Assembly: GCA_030141605.1 (NCBI GenBank)
Contig: JAQGDQ010000116.1
Location: forward strand, 186,001 to 250,000
From: Tubiluchus corallicola
Taxonomy: Eukaryota; Animalia; Priapulida
Length of the DNA stretch: 64,000 nt
Reading direction: 5' to 3'
Below, in pieces: positions 1-12,027 of this stretch. The notes under the pieces are model-generated. The model was not told where the DNA came from and ran no database searches. It saw only the letters and a list, made by a program, of their open reading frames with translations. The position numbers were made by a program, and so were the translations under genes. Positions within the stretch are counted from its first letter, which is position 1, and every line of letters begins with the position of its first letter.

Positions 1-1224
1 ACAATTACAACTGCAACGCAAATATAATTTACACCTTAGTCTGGAGGCTCAAAATACAATCATTTGACCCGATGTGAAATTAGAATTTCAGGAAACGTAA
101 TTAATTTTATTGGTGCAAATCGTTCATTCTGCGTTATTTATTTTGCAACTTTCTCAAAAGAAGTGAAGCAATTTATCATTATTTTACAAAGATTGTTTAC
201 TTAAAATTGCGAATAAAATCTCTTTTGTTTAATTTATAATTGTATAATTCATAATTATAAATTAAAATAGCGATACAAAATTTTCGAACACAGCATAACA
301 ACACAGTATAACATACACCGTACATATAATACAATAATGTATTTAACTGTGTTAAAATAATAAAGCAATAATTATTATACAGCGTAATATCTACCGACAT
401 GCACAGCTTATTTTTAATATGCAAGGTAATAAAGTGACTTCATATATCACAGTTTTCAGGAAATTTAATTTGTTAAAAGTGGTTATAATTTAGTGCTTAT
501 ACACATGTAAAATGCAAGTGGCGTCACACATGAATTAACAGTGCTTGTGTCATGCTGGACGGTAGGGCAAACATATTGGCTATGCAACATCTTAATGTAG
601 AACATTTATTACAAAATGTGATGCAGACATGCAAGCACCAGGCGCAACTAATCTTAAATAATCAGGTGCATTCAATGTAATATCAGTCACATTGGTAATA
701 TACACAAATATTAATAGCGTAAAGAGCAATAAAATATCTCATATGCACCTCATTTATATTAATAATCTTAAAAAATATGTGCAAAATGGTCGACGCAAGG
801 CACATCTTCTGGAGCTAAGTCGTTTGTTAGAGTTTAAAAGGTCATGTATTTGATAGACATGCATGTAGCCCTCATGTTTCTTGGACTTTAGGCCACCAGT
901 CTTAATTGCTGGTGGAGATGAGCACGATTTTTGAATAGCTGTGGATGTATGTAGACAGCGTGATGCGATTACTATAGAGCGGAGGCCATGGCGTGTTCTA
1001 TGACTTCTTGTCTTGTTACATTCACAGCTTATTTATTTTATTGACAAAAGACGTTTTTTTGTTCTTATACACGTTACAAAGTTATAGGACACTTACACAC
1101 CAAAAGCTTTTGCTTGCATAAACGATGTAAAATTGTCAGAGGAACAAGTTATCAGACAGAATCAAATATGCCCTAGAATACAGTTTCAGCAAATACTGTA
1201 GGCACGTAATATCACAGTAGCCGA

Positions 1225-4200
1225 TCACAGAACTTTCGAGTTCTCGAGAATATCTTTTACTTTGACCGGGATATACGTTGCCTTCTCGCTGAAAATAAAC
1301 ACATAATTAGATTGTTATTGCCTTTCTCTGTCTACAAAAAATAATATACGAAATTTTAAGTAAAAAGCAGTTTACAATTTACATTGAAAAGCTTGATACG
1401 ATTAACGGTATCATACATACGCGATGTCTGCTTGCTGTCGTTGTCCAGCTGTCCTGTTCCTACACATTGGGATAAATGTAATTACAAGTCCGCTGATGAT
1501 AGTCAGTGTACCCGCCATGTAAAACGCAGATGAGAAAGAATGCGTTGACTCGATCATAATACCTGTACGAAAGCGTAAGTACAACATAAAAATGTATTTA
1601 AATCATATTGTATTTTAAATGTGCGGCTAGTACTGAAAATGTAAACAACCCTCGCGACTCAACATAGACAAATGCAAACCAAAAATCGTGGTCCTAGCTC
1701 AAAGCTAGGAAAAGGTGAAGCCTAAAGGAAAAAATACCGCCTACTCCATGACCCGTGAGTAACGGATCACGTATAATTGTAAATCCCACAGGAGGGCCCA
1801 GTAGTTCGTAACCCTAGCCATATGCGTTTGCGAATCATTAAAGATCTGAATGTGTCCAAAACAACAATGACGATGACTTTGACGACACATGACAGAACTG
1901 AGTCCGACAGACCACTTTTTAGTTGAAAGTTCTCTAACTCTTAGTACTTTATCAACTTTATTTAATTCATTTTTTCAATTCAGTGCAAATGATGCAACTC
2001 AATCCAATTCAAAGCAATGATATGCCATTCAACGCATCAAATGTATTATGCATTTGCAACTAGTTTTACTGAGCATTGTTAATAGCTTTCTGTCCTGATC
2101 TTGAAAACTAGAATGAACACAGTTAACCATATGGTAATCATTTGGTTATTGATGAACCTGGCTATAATAAGTACAGATATTATTAAATTTAATGCTGTTG
2201 TGAAAACAGTGACTTAAATAAAAACTGAATTAAAAACAACGAAAAATGAAAAACTTACTTCCTAAAGGCGCACCAGCAGTAAATGACAAACCAGTCCAGA
2301 CGAATTGCCAGCCCACGGCACCAAGCAATTTCTCTTTGCCAAACAAATCTGCAAGAGTAGCTCCCCAAACACCAAATATAAAGCCGAAGAAGAGGCCATA
2401 GAAGCAGACAAAAATTGCGTAGTGGATAAACTCAAGTTCAGCTATGCCAATGGCTACTGCAAAACATCCAGATAAGATTGAACCAAGGTAGAAAAGATGG
2501 ACGCTGCACAAGTTAAGCAACTTGGCTTGATTAATCAGGCCAGCCAATGGCCTGCCGACAATATTTGCTATACCAAACATGCCCAGCAATTTTGCAGCAT
2601 CTTCTGTACTCCATCCCTGAGTCACAATGTATTCGGGAAGCAATATCAACACTGGACTATTGGCAAGGCCCCACAGAAACGTCCCCAGTGATAGTAGTGC
2701 AAATGTGCGATCGCAGAACAAATGGAAATCAAAACTAACTTTCAAATGATGAATAACACTCATATACTTTCTTTTCTCATCCATATGAGGTGCTTGTTTC
2801 ATCAAAGCTCCTATAGCGCAGCCATGAAACAGAATCCCTCCAGTGACTAGCATTGCACCTCTCCAACCGTAATACATGACGAGGCACTCCAAAAGAGGGG
2901 CAAAAATTAGAGATCCCGCTCCAACGCCAGATGCCGCAATACCAAATGCAATTGGTCTCCATTTGTCAAAGTATTCACCTATTATAGCAAAACCAGCCGC
3001 GTAACTAACGCCTAATGCTCCTCCTGAAATGTTTAAGAAGTCACTAATTTCCCATTGCAAAGTTTGTGAAACACTACAGTTATGCGGTAAATTCATATCA
3101 TAAGAGTGAGCCAACACGGTCTCACATCAAGATCAATTAATGGGTTTTGCGTATTTGACAAAGAATACCTTTTACTATATTTTATGAGACCGAGTTTTTG
3201 ACATATTTATAAGTCAAACACACAGTAAAAAATGTATAATGCATATGTGCATTCTTGTTAGGAGGGAATCCATGCATCCTTATTTAGGAGCTTTCATCAG
3301 ATTTTTAAGGAGTTCATGGCTCAAAAAAACCACTTCAAATTGGTCGAACACATGCAGATACATAGTCAGAACAATATGAACAATATATATTATGCGGTGT
3401 ATAAGCCAAGGTACTTTAGCCTAGATGCCTTCACAGTCGCACAAGCCGCATGAATGTGAATACACCTAATACAGCATACCTGTTAATATTCCGTATGTAA
3501 GTATTAATTGTACCACAGATGTAGCGAAACTTGCTAGGACGCATCCAACAGCGGCAATAGCACTTGTAACGATTATTGTTCTCCTGATACCCAAAAATGA
3601 CGTTATAATGCTTGCAATCGGCCCTAACAAGATTAAATTTGTGAAGAATATTAAAGGTAGCAGTTATACAATCAAAAAGTTTTAATAAAGTCGAAGAAAC
3701 CTGATGCTGTTAAGTAATTAAACCCATTACTGAAAACGATTCGCTGGTTTTCTTTTACGAAAGTCATCTGTAACTTGTGTACTGACACGCGTCATAGCCT
3801 ATAAAGCAGGGGTGTGCAAATTATCTGACTAGCCGGGCCACATTAAACTTTGTCGCAATTCCTGCGGGCCACAGGCAGTTTGATCAATGAGCCAAGTACA
3901 GAAAGGCCTAAAAACGATTTTTTCACATCCGACCTGCGTACATCATTACTACTACACTCAAGAAACTATTTTAGAAGTTATTAAAATTTATATTACAAAC
4001 CACATATTTCTACTTTCAGGACAGATAGTGGTAATTTCATTACAATGCATATTAGTAATTTGTATCACACAGTCTGTGTAGTACAGTGACATTAAGCTAC
4101 AACCGTCTTGTAAGGGTTAATGGCATCCGATCTAGTAGAAAAAACTACCGGCACTATCTTGGGGGATTGTGGCACGGACTTCAGCTGGATACACTCAATT

Positions 4201-6315
4201 AATCGCCCGGGCCGCACTTTCATTAGGTCGACAAATCTCTTCGCGGGCCGCACAAATTCTCTCGGCGGGCCGCAAGTGGCCCGCGGGCCGCAATTTGCAC
4301 ACCGCTGCTATAAAGTGTTGTAATTTTTTTTTACAGGTTTATAACAACAAAAAAGCAGAGCGTTTAACATTGAGTTCATGACGGGGTGAAATAGTGACTC
4401 AAAAGAAAACTACTACAACGTACAGGGCAGAGTTTCTCCAAAGAATGGATTGCTGTAATCTATGTGTTTTTATTTATACAAGTTGATAACGTTTTACCAA
4501 GCAATATTGATATATACACACGATTAAGGCCAAAAATAAGGTTACAGTCTTATAGCATATACGTGTACATGCATAGTTCAGGTATATGTATGTATGAACT
4601 TGCCCAAATATAAGGAAAATGAACTCAATTAAGTGACGTATAAATCAGCATAATAATAAAAATAGCTAGACAATACATGTGGAAAGTATCTTAAAAAGAG
4701 CAAACTATGTTTACATACCGGTAAAATTAATAAGTTCATAAAACAGTAATAAATAATTATTATAATTGCGAGTCTGGGTCAATAAAACTATAAAAATTCT
4801 AAAATTTAACATTATGTTCCTATGTTTCCCAACTTATATATGCGATTGATACGTGTTTTTAATGCAGAAACAATAGATTAAACCGGTGATTAAGGTGAAA
4901 AACTTTTTTACTCTTTTTAAGTTTTAGTTAAAGTTCAGTTACAATTTATTTTCTTGGCTTTCATATGTTTATCAACTTTTTACCCCACCTTATCCTACAC
5001 TATAAAAAACTACTTTTTACTATATATTAAACTGTGTCATCTATAGTTCATTTTTGTGCCTTCGTGAAGAAAATACAGCCATATTTTAACAGGTAGAGCT
5101 TACTTAACCGGGTGTCCTTGACACAGAACTGGGCTGAAAATAAACTCATAGCGGCACTCCGATATATTTTAATTAGAGACTCCGTGGAAGAGCTAGTTTC
5201 TGCTCAGCAATTTACTTTATTACAATCGTTTTGGTTCGAGAAAGCACTGACAATATTATTAATGTTTTCTACAACCGAAACGATCGTAAGCGCCGAAACA
5301 AAAAGCGTAAATTTATTATTGAGTGCAGAATAGTTGCCGTAGCCGCTTATACTGGCTTCTGTGTAAACAAATTTAATTTAATCGCAAATTCAAGAAGAAT
5401 GCAATGTGCGAATACAATGAAAATAGCTGGTCAACAGTTTCTGAGAGTCAATGACATAAGTGTACTGTTGCACTGAAAGATATATGAACATTTTATCTAT
5501 ACATTACTAAGCCATGCAGACCTGCTTCTACTTTTATAATTCAGATGTCGTATTTTCTGCATTTTGTAAAAGAGTTGCTAAAAATATTTTATTGACGCTC
5601 TTGTACATAACCAAGCTAGTATATTTTGTTTACTCCTTTAAAAAAACCAATTGACCAAAAGTTGCTCTGTACCTGCTCTCATATTTAAAAGTTTTACATG
5701 AGAATGTTTCTACCCTAATCATTAAAATAATTATTGTCCAACGTTTACAATAGATGGTGAATTAGAGGACATTCCGTGTAACTGAGGATGATAAAAGTTG
5801 CGCAAAAAATTGAGATTACAGTATACATGACTAAGAACGTTTAGTAATTATAACTGTAGGAAAAACCTAGGTCTGCTATAGAGTGTAACAGTTATATGCG
5901 CAATATTAAGTGAAGAAATGTTTATAACTGTGACTTCGTGACTTGCACGCTTAAGCTCTTACCATATGCAACCTTCCATTATATTTTATAAGTTTCTCTG
6001 CAGTGTATACTTGCTTCAAGAAAAGTTCAATTTGTTCACGCTCACAAGCTATTATTAGTTTATGTCTGTTCTATTAATAAACATTCATTTGTTACTGTAG
6101 AATCTAGGCTTACCTATCATAAATAGAAGTCCACTATTTGTAGACGCCACTAGCGCTATCAGCGATTTGCTTTTCTTAAAACTTTTTGTCCACGATACAT
6201 AGTAAATTCCTGTACTGAATGTTACACCGAATATTAATAATGTATCTAAAAAAGTAGCTATAAGTACTATCCATGCCCAACCTCGATCAGTTTTCATACT
6301 CACTATGATCTGCAT
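1225..6315 (-). CDS. SLC16/monocarboxylate transporter (MFS) family protein, 5 coding exons
   Basis: Exons read by hand with GT-AG ends and compatible phases: 6315-6114 (DRGWAWIVL, MCT TM1 signature D-x-G-W-A-W), 3623-3480 (GPIASIITSFLGIRRT), 3023-2259 (YFDKWRPIAFGIAASGVG, YGWRGAMLVTGG, GIANIVGRPLAG), 1562-1421, 1288-1225 (TGA). Start could instead be the Met at 6297. Subfamily cannot be assigned by eye. Confidence 0.9.
1660..1920. mobile_element. possible Helentron-associated (HINE/DINE-like) non-autonomous element
   Basis: Perfect 8-bp hairpin TCCTAGCT-caa-AGCTAGGA (1692-1710) beside AAAAAtcGTGGTC, whose inverted counterpart GACCACTTTTT is at 1910-1920. SubTIR plus hairpin layout; ends approximate. 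Confidence 0.35.
3807..4307. mobile_element. non-autonomous hAT (Charlie-type) DNA transposon
   Basis: TIRs CAGGGGTGTGCAAATT ... AATTTGCACACCGCTG; perfect 8-bp TSD CTATAAAG (3799-3806 and 4308-4315); subterminal GCGGGCCG repeats typical of Charlie-group elements. Confidence 0.92.
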
Positions 6316-7729
6316 TCACGCGTAATCGGTCGAACATTGCCCTAGCTAGGGGCAACAGGCATACATGTGCTGCGACTTTACTCTACCCTTGAAATGAGCA
6401 ACTTATTAATAGACTCAGTTCCCCATTTTCTTAGTTTATTTTTAGTGAGTTACTCGTGTACTTTTTCTCAGTCTGTGCCCTTTATTATCTTATGCACAAA
6501 ACCTCAATTGCTGGTTTTGCTTTAATTTAGTGGGATGTAGACAGTCGTAGGCCTGCACTTGCATGATAACATCAAACTTTATCGACTCAAGTCGACTATG
6601 CCAAGCAGAACTCATATTTTGTCATTAGCACTTCCTTGCGCTATATAGAATTTTGTTTGTGTGTTTGTTTGCTTGCTTGTTATTTTGTTTATATGTAATT
6701 ATTTATTTACTGTTTATTCATTTAGCGCCACATGGCTTAATTGTATGAGGCTCAATCAAGAAAAGTTATCGAACAAACCTTGGGACTTGCACACACATAC
6801 AATCGCACGCACGCACACACCCTCTCATGCATAGAAATGAGTTTGCATATTGTTATTGTTGTGATACTGGGATTTACTAGGGTCGGAAAAATTGTTTTGC
6901 ATGTGAGAATTGTGAGCCAATTCATTGTGCGTCTAGGCTGATCCCATCATCAGCCATTATACCTGTGAAAGTTAGTTATGAAGTTGAAATTGAACACTTT
7001 TAGAAAACAACTAAACACAAGATTACATGTTTACACAAAAACTGGAACACTTTTATTACAATAAATACACAGTAAAATGCACAAGTAAAATGAAGATCAC
7101 AACTGTTGCACAGCACTGAGTGTGTGCCAGAGAGACAGTGTGTCCCATGAGTTGCACGACTGCACTGCCTGAGACAGAGAGTGACTAGCAGTGAAATCTA
7201 GCCAGTTTATATAGGTAGAGAACTATGCAAAAACTTGGCTTCACATATCCCATTACAGTGAAAATAGGGGAGATCCAGTGAGTTTGAATATTCACTGGAC
7301 CGAACAATTGTACTAAGGGTGAGTTGAACTAGTAAAATGTTAAAGTAACTAATCAATAGATGGCAGCACCTAAAATATACAGTTACAACTTTCACAATAC
7401 CTGACACTATTCACTTCTACGTATTCTTGTAAAATGTTTCGTCCCAGGTATTTATTTTAGGAATATTGGTAGATTAATTGTTTATGGTGTATTCAATAAA
7501 ACCTTTTTCAGTATGTCAATAATGCGTGCGGGCTTGAGTTGTTTTATGGGCTAAGTTACCGTGTTACTTATTATATTTATTTATTTAAATATTTATAAAT
7601 TAATAATTAATTTATTATGAATTATTTTATTTATTTATAAAATTATATATATTATTATAAAATTATTTATATAAGTGTGTGCGTGTGTGTGGGTGTACAT
7701 ATAAACAAATTCTATTTGCTACAGATCAT

Positions 7730-7730
<1 letters not shown>

Positions 7731-7782
<52 letters not shown>

Positions 7783-7831
7783 GTTGTTGTTGTTGTTGTT
7801 GTTGTTGTTATTATTGTTGTTGTTGTTGTTG

Positions 7832-7892
<61 letters not shown>
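7731..7892. repeat. compound (TAT)n/(TGT)n microsatellite
   Basis: Directly visible; source of the poly-Y/C and poly-L ORFs at 7677 and 7679. Confidence 0.97.
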
Positions 7893-8760
7893 GTTATTAT
7901 GTTATTTTACTTATGATATGCTACATTGTATAAAAATTCTATCAACCTAGCCTACGCGACTACATTATCTACTCGTCTACAGCTTCAGACAGTAATATGG
8001 ATACTCCTACAGTACTTCTGTATGCTCTAAATAGATTTTATTATTCTGAGCGATCTGCACTCATAACTTGGCACTGCCTAGTTAATGTTTAGGAAAATTG
8101 CGCAAGTTATTGCAGAATGTTCGCTCAATATCTCCTAAGGCTTTAAGATATGTTCCGACATAGTATAATACAATATTGCAAAAATATATGCTTACACGTG
8201 TACTCGCGACTCAAGCATTGTTTTAGTTCTGTTTCTTCTCATTGTGTTGGCGAAGCAAGTATGCGGTTTTAATTTTTGGCATAGGCGTACCGAAGAATTT
8301 GCTTCAGCAATTAGATGTCTGTGATTTTCTGATTAGTGTTAACATTGACATTATATTTACATAAATTTTTAGATGTTTGCTTGATTTTGAATTACTGAAC
8401 TCCTTATTGGAAAAAAAATCATCGACATTGACAAAGTAGACAAAACACCTTGACAGTGAGGCGCGCAATTAGAAGGTTTCTTGTCTTGTCACAATGACAA
8501 CTTGTTTATTCCAGAAAAATCGTGGATTCGTGTACTCATTTTTTTTCTCTGCAGGAATTGAATAAAAATTGAATTGTTGTAGTTTATTAAAGTTTACATA
8601 ACGCCACTTATCAAATTTATTATATTTATTTTGTTATAATGGTGACTCGTGCGTGAATGCTAAAAGTGAAGGCGGCGATCAAAATCTTTATTCTGCCGTA
8701 ACTAAGGATAATAGTAAAGGGTTTGTGTATAAAGGCTACAAACTTTTTGAACTTTGTAAA

Positions 8761-9735
8761 ATGGCTAATCCAAGTAAACAAGTATTAGAGACAGTTGATA
8801 ATGAAGCTATTGTTGACGAATTATTGTCGCAAAACCTGCAAGAGTGCATAAAACTATCTGACAAATTAGATAGCACCGAGGAAAACATTGAGCAACTTTG
8901 TAATGCAGATCTGAGTGGTACTGAGTCTGCTTGTATTACTGATAATATGGAAGACTTTATTATTAATAAAAATTACGAAACACTGAAAGAAGGTAAAAAA
9001 TTGGGTGTAGATGAGGATGAGCTGGAAAATGAAGCTAAAAGTCAAGACTCTGATGAAACTAAAAGTGCTGGTGAAGAGAGTTTAAAAGAGAAAGAAAGTG
9101 AAAAAGAAATAGTAGAGGATGAATCAAACTTAAAGGAAAGGGAATTGCAAATGACAGAAGAGGAAAAAGAAAACTTTCGGCAGCAGGCTCAAATTTACAA
9201 GAAAACCGGAAATGATTTGTTTAGAAGTGAAAACTATAGTGATGCAATGAACTGTTACAGTAAGGGTCTACAAATATGCCCTTTGTGTTTCGCTAAAGAT
9301 CGAAGTATCATGTACTCAAATAGAGCCGCTTGTCAACTTCGACTGAATAAAAAAGAGCAAGTAATTTTTGATTGTACAAAGGCGGTAGAGCTTAATCCTT
9401 CGTATCCTAAATGTCTGCTGCGGAGAGCTCAAACCTATGAGTCTCTAGAAAAGCTAGATGAAGCTCTGGAAGATTACAAGAAAGTTGTTGAACTTGAACC
9501 TAGCAATAGGGAAGCTATTGAAGCTTGCATGAGGTTGCCAGAAGAAATCAATATCCGGAATGAAAAGATGAAAACTGAAATGTTAGACAAATTGAAAGAT
9601 TTGGGGAATTTAATTCTGCGTCCTTTTGGAATGTCCACTGATAATTTTAAGCTTCAACAAGATCCTAATAGTGGTGGTTATACAGTGCAGTTTAATCAGT
9701 CTCCACCACAGTCTGGTGGACCAAATGGAAAATAA
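8761..9735 (+). CDS. TTC1: tetratricopeptide repeat protein 1 (Hsp70/Hsp90 co-chaperone), single coding exon
   Basis: Acidic N-terminus, three TPRs (KKTGNDLFR...YSKGLQICPLCFAKDRSIMYSNRAAC, DCTKAVELNPSYPKCLLRRA, LDEALEDYKKVVELEP) and the family C-terminus EMLDKLKDLGNLILRPFGMSTDNFKLQQDPNSGGY. First in-frame ATG is 8761; the track's 8653 start is GTG. AATAAA near 10010 and 10105. Confidence 0.95.
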   Translation: MANPSKQVLETVDNEAIVDELLSQNLQECIKLSDKLDSTEENIEQLCNADLSGTESACITDNMEDFIINKNYETLKEGKKLGVDEDELENEAKSQDSDETKSAGEESLKEKESEKEIVEDESNLKERELQMTEEEKENFRQQAQIYKKTGNDLFRSENYSDAMNCYSKGLQICPLCFAKDRSIMYSNRAACQLRLNKKEQVIFDCTKAVELNPSYPKCLLRRAQTYESLEKLDEALEDYKKVVELEPSNREAIEACMRLPEEINIRNEKMKTEMLDKLKDLGNLILRPFGMSTDNFKLQQDPNSGGYTVQFNQSPPQSGGPNGK

Positions 9736-12027
9736 ATTGCTTACACTCTCCTATGTGTTGCATGAAGATCAAAGCTGCGAATGTTATATAAATGTGAAGA
9801 TTATACAAAGTGTGTTATTAGTATTAATACATCTGATAAAGCAGATGCAGAAGCAACGAGGCAGCATAAGACGTTACCTTTACAGTAGCTCATTTCCATT
9901 ATATGTGCAGTTAATTCTTTAAACAAACCTTTGTTAAATTTAAGTAAATATAATTATAATTATGCTGGAAGCTTGGGGTTTGATTTTTGAATTACTATTC
10001 TTGACTTGTAATAAAAGGGTAGGTTTTAAACTTACATTTCTGTAACTATTTGAATTTAACAATAGACTTAATCTAATGTGACCGCTAGTCATCTAGGCCT
10101 ACCCAATAAAATTATACCATAATTAATGGATGGTAATTTTTTTCTTTTAGTAAAGATCTGAATATAGCATTTCGATATTTAGTTTGCTCTATTTACTTTA
10201 TTAGTGACTTTCCAATTTGAAGTTGCATGTATACGAATCAGGCCATATTTCAGGGTATGACAGTGTAATTTAATACAAATGAATTTAAGAAGTACATATA
10301 ATTTACTGTTCGAATTTTTATTGAGCATAGCATTCAACAAACAAGAGCTACACAATACACATACAACTGATGTTACTTATTCAAGTAATAACTGTGACCA
10401 ACTTGGAGACTAGTCTGACAGGTCCTTTAAAATCAACTGTAAGGTAACACTCATGCAAAAAAACTTAACAATAATTGTAAAACAGATGGATTCGGATTTT
10501 CAATAAGAATGTCCATTAGATACAAGCAAAGAGCTGTATAAATAAAATACACATTGAATGGACGGCTGTACTGTTAATACAGGAATGTTCAAAAATATCA
10601 CAACTATGTTTTATTTTACTGCACAATATTATAAAATAACGTTTGTAAAATAATGTTTATACTAATCTACACTTGCTGAAAATTTGTATAAAACTATAGC
10701 GAACAATGAACAAAAAAGGTTTTATTGCACAAGGGACGGATGAAATATTGACTAGAGACCATACTGTAACTGCAAATAATATTTTGGACGGATAGTTCGA
10801 CAATATTCAGAGATTAGTATGCTGCATTAGTGAGACATTAATTGAAGTTTCTAACTAGTAATAAAATTTGTCTTCTCTAGGCTTTCCAAAATTAATTACA
10901 ATACTAGCATGCAATATTTTCTGTAGACATCAATCGTGCGACATTAAGTATAAACAGTTTTTACCTATATTCTCTATAATAGACCGATTTTGGGACTTGC
11001 CTTTACATAAGCTACAATGTGCATTACATGAAAGTATAATACCCACACACAACAATAAAGGCAGTAAAATGACCCAGAACAAAAACTTGTTACAATAATG
11101 GCTAAATGCAATCTCTGCACAACACCTGATTGAAAACACGTAAAAATTTAGAACTCTCAGCAAATCTTAACTGAACACATGTAATAGATGCCATTACGCC
11201 CATCAGTAATAGTTAGGTATTTGTCTAGCACAACAACTTAAAATAGACAGATATAATAAATGAATGAAGAGTTCACCTACTCATTCAAGAAAATAATAAT
11301 AGTGTCAGATTAATTCATGCATATTACGCTGATATTTATTTTTTTACAAATCTCTAATTCGTACAAGTGTCGTAAATGACGTTTGTAATGTCGACCTAGT
11401 GTAAACAGATATCACAAGTTAAGCCCTCTTAAGCTCTACAATAATAATAATAAACCTATAATTATATAACAACCATATAATCAAGCAATATACAAAAAGA
11501 ATAACCATATAGTTCTTAGTGGATACTTACTTGTTGACTAGTTTAGATTAATTACATATTTTGGTAATTGATAACGCTAATGTTTTTATTACTAGAAAAC
11601 AATGATTGTTATGGCTGAGATACTTACGGAAGTATACTGCAAAACTTTCAATGCGGTGTGAGCACACCAAAAATATATAACACATCTATATAACAAATTA
11701 TTATACTAATAGCAGACCAGTGTGTTTGCTAAAAGCTTTTTCATTTTTTTTATTGTTGTCACAATGCTGTACAACATTTTGAAACCGTTGAGTAAAAACT
11801 GTATATCTCAGCTCACTACCTCAAGCTTTGGTCGTCTGGAATGCGTGAATGGCAGCACAGTCAAGAAGTCAGTGCCTTGAGTAAAGGCATTTTTGTAAGC
11901 TTATGATTGAAAACTCTGCTTCCCATTCTTCATAAACATCTTGACACTTTCCACTGCTTGCAACAGGGTTTTTGAATGGCTTGTGCAACACATTCATACT
12001 ATACAGTTAAAATGATTAAAGCTGCAA

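Noticed and set aside
7677-7933. Poly-Tyr/Cys and poly-Leu ORFs
   Set aside because: Translations of the (TAT)/(TGT) microsatellite.
8653-8760. 360-aa TTC1 start given by the ORF track
   Set aside because: It is a GTG start from a bacterial-style caller; first in-frame ATG is 8761 (extension kept only as a finding).
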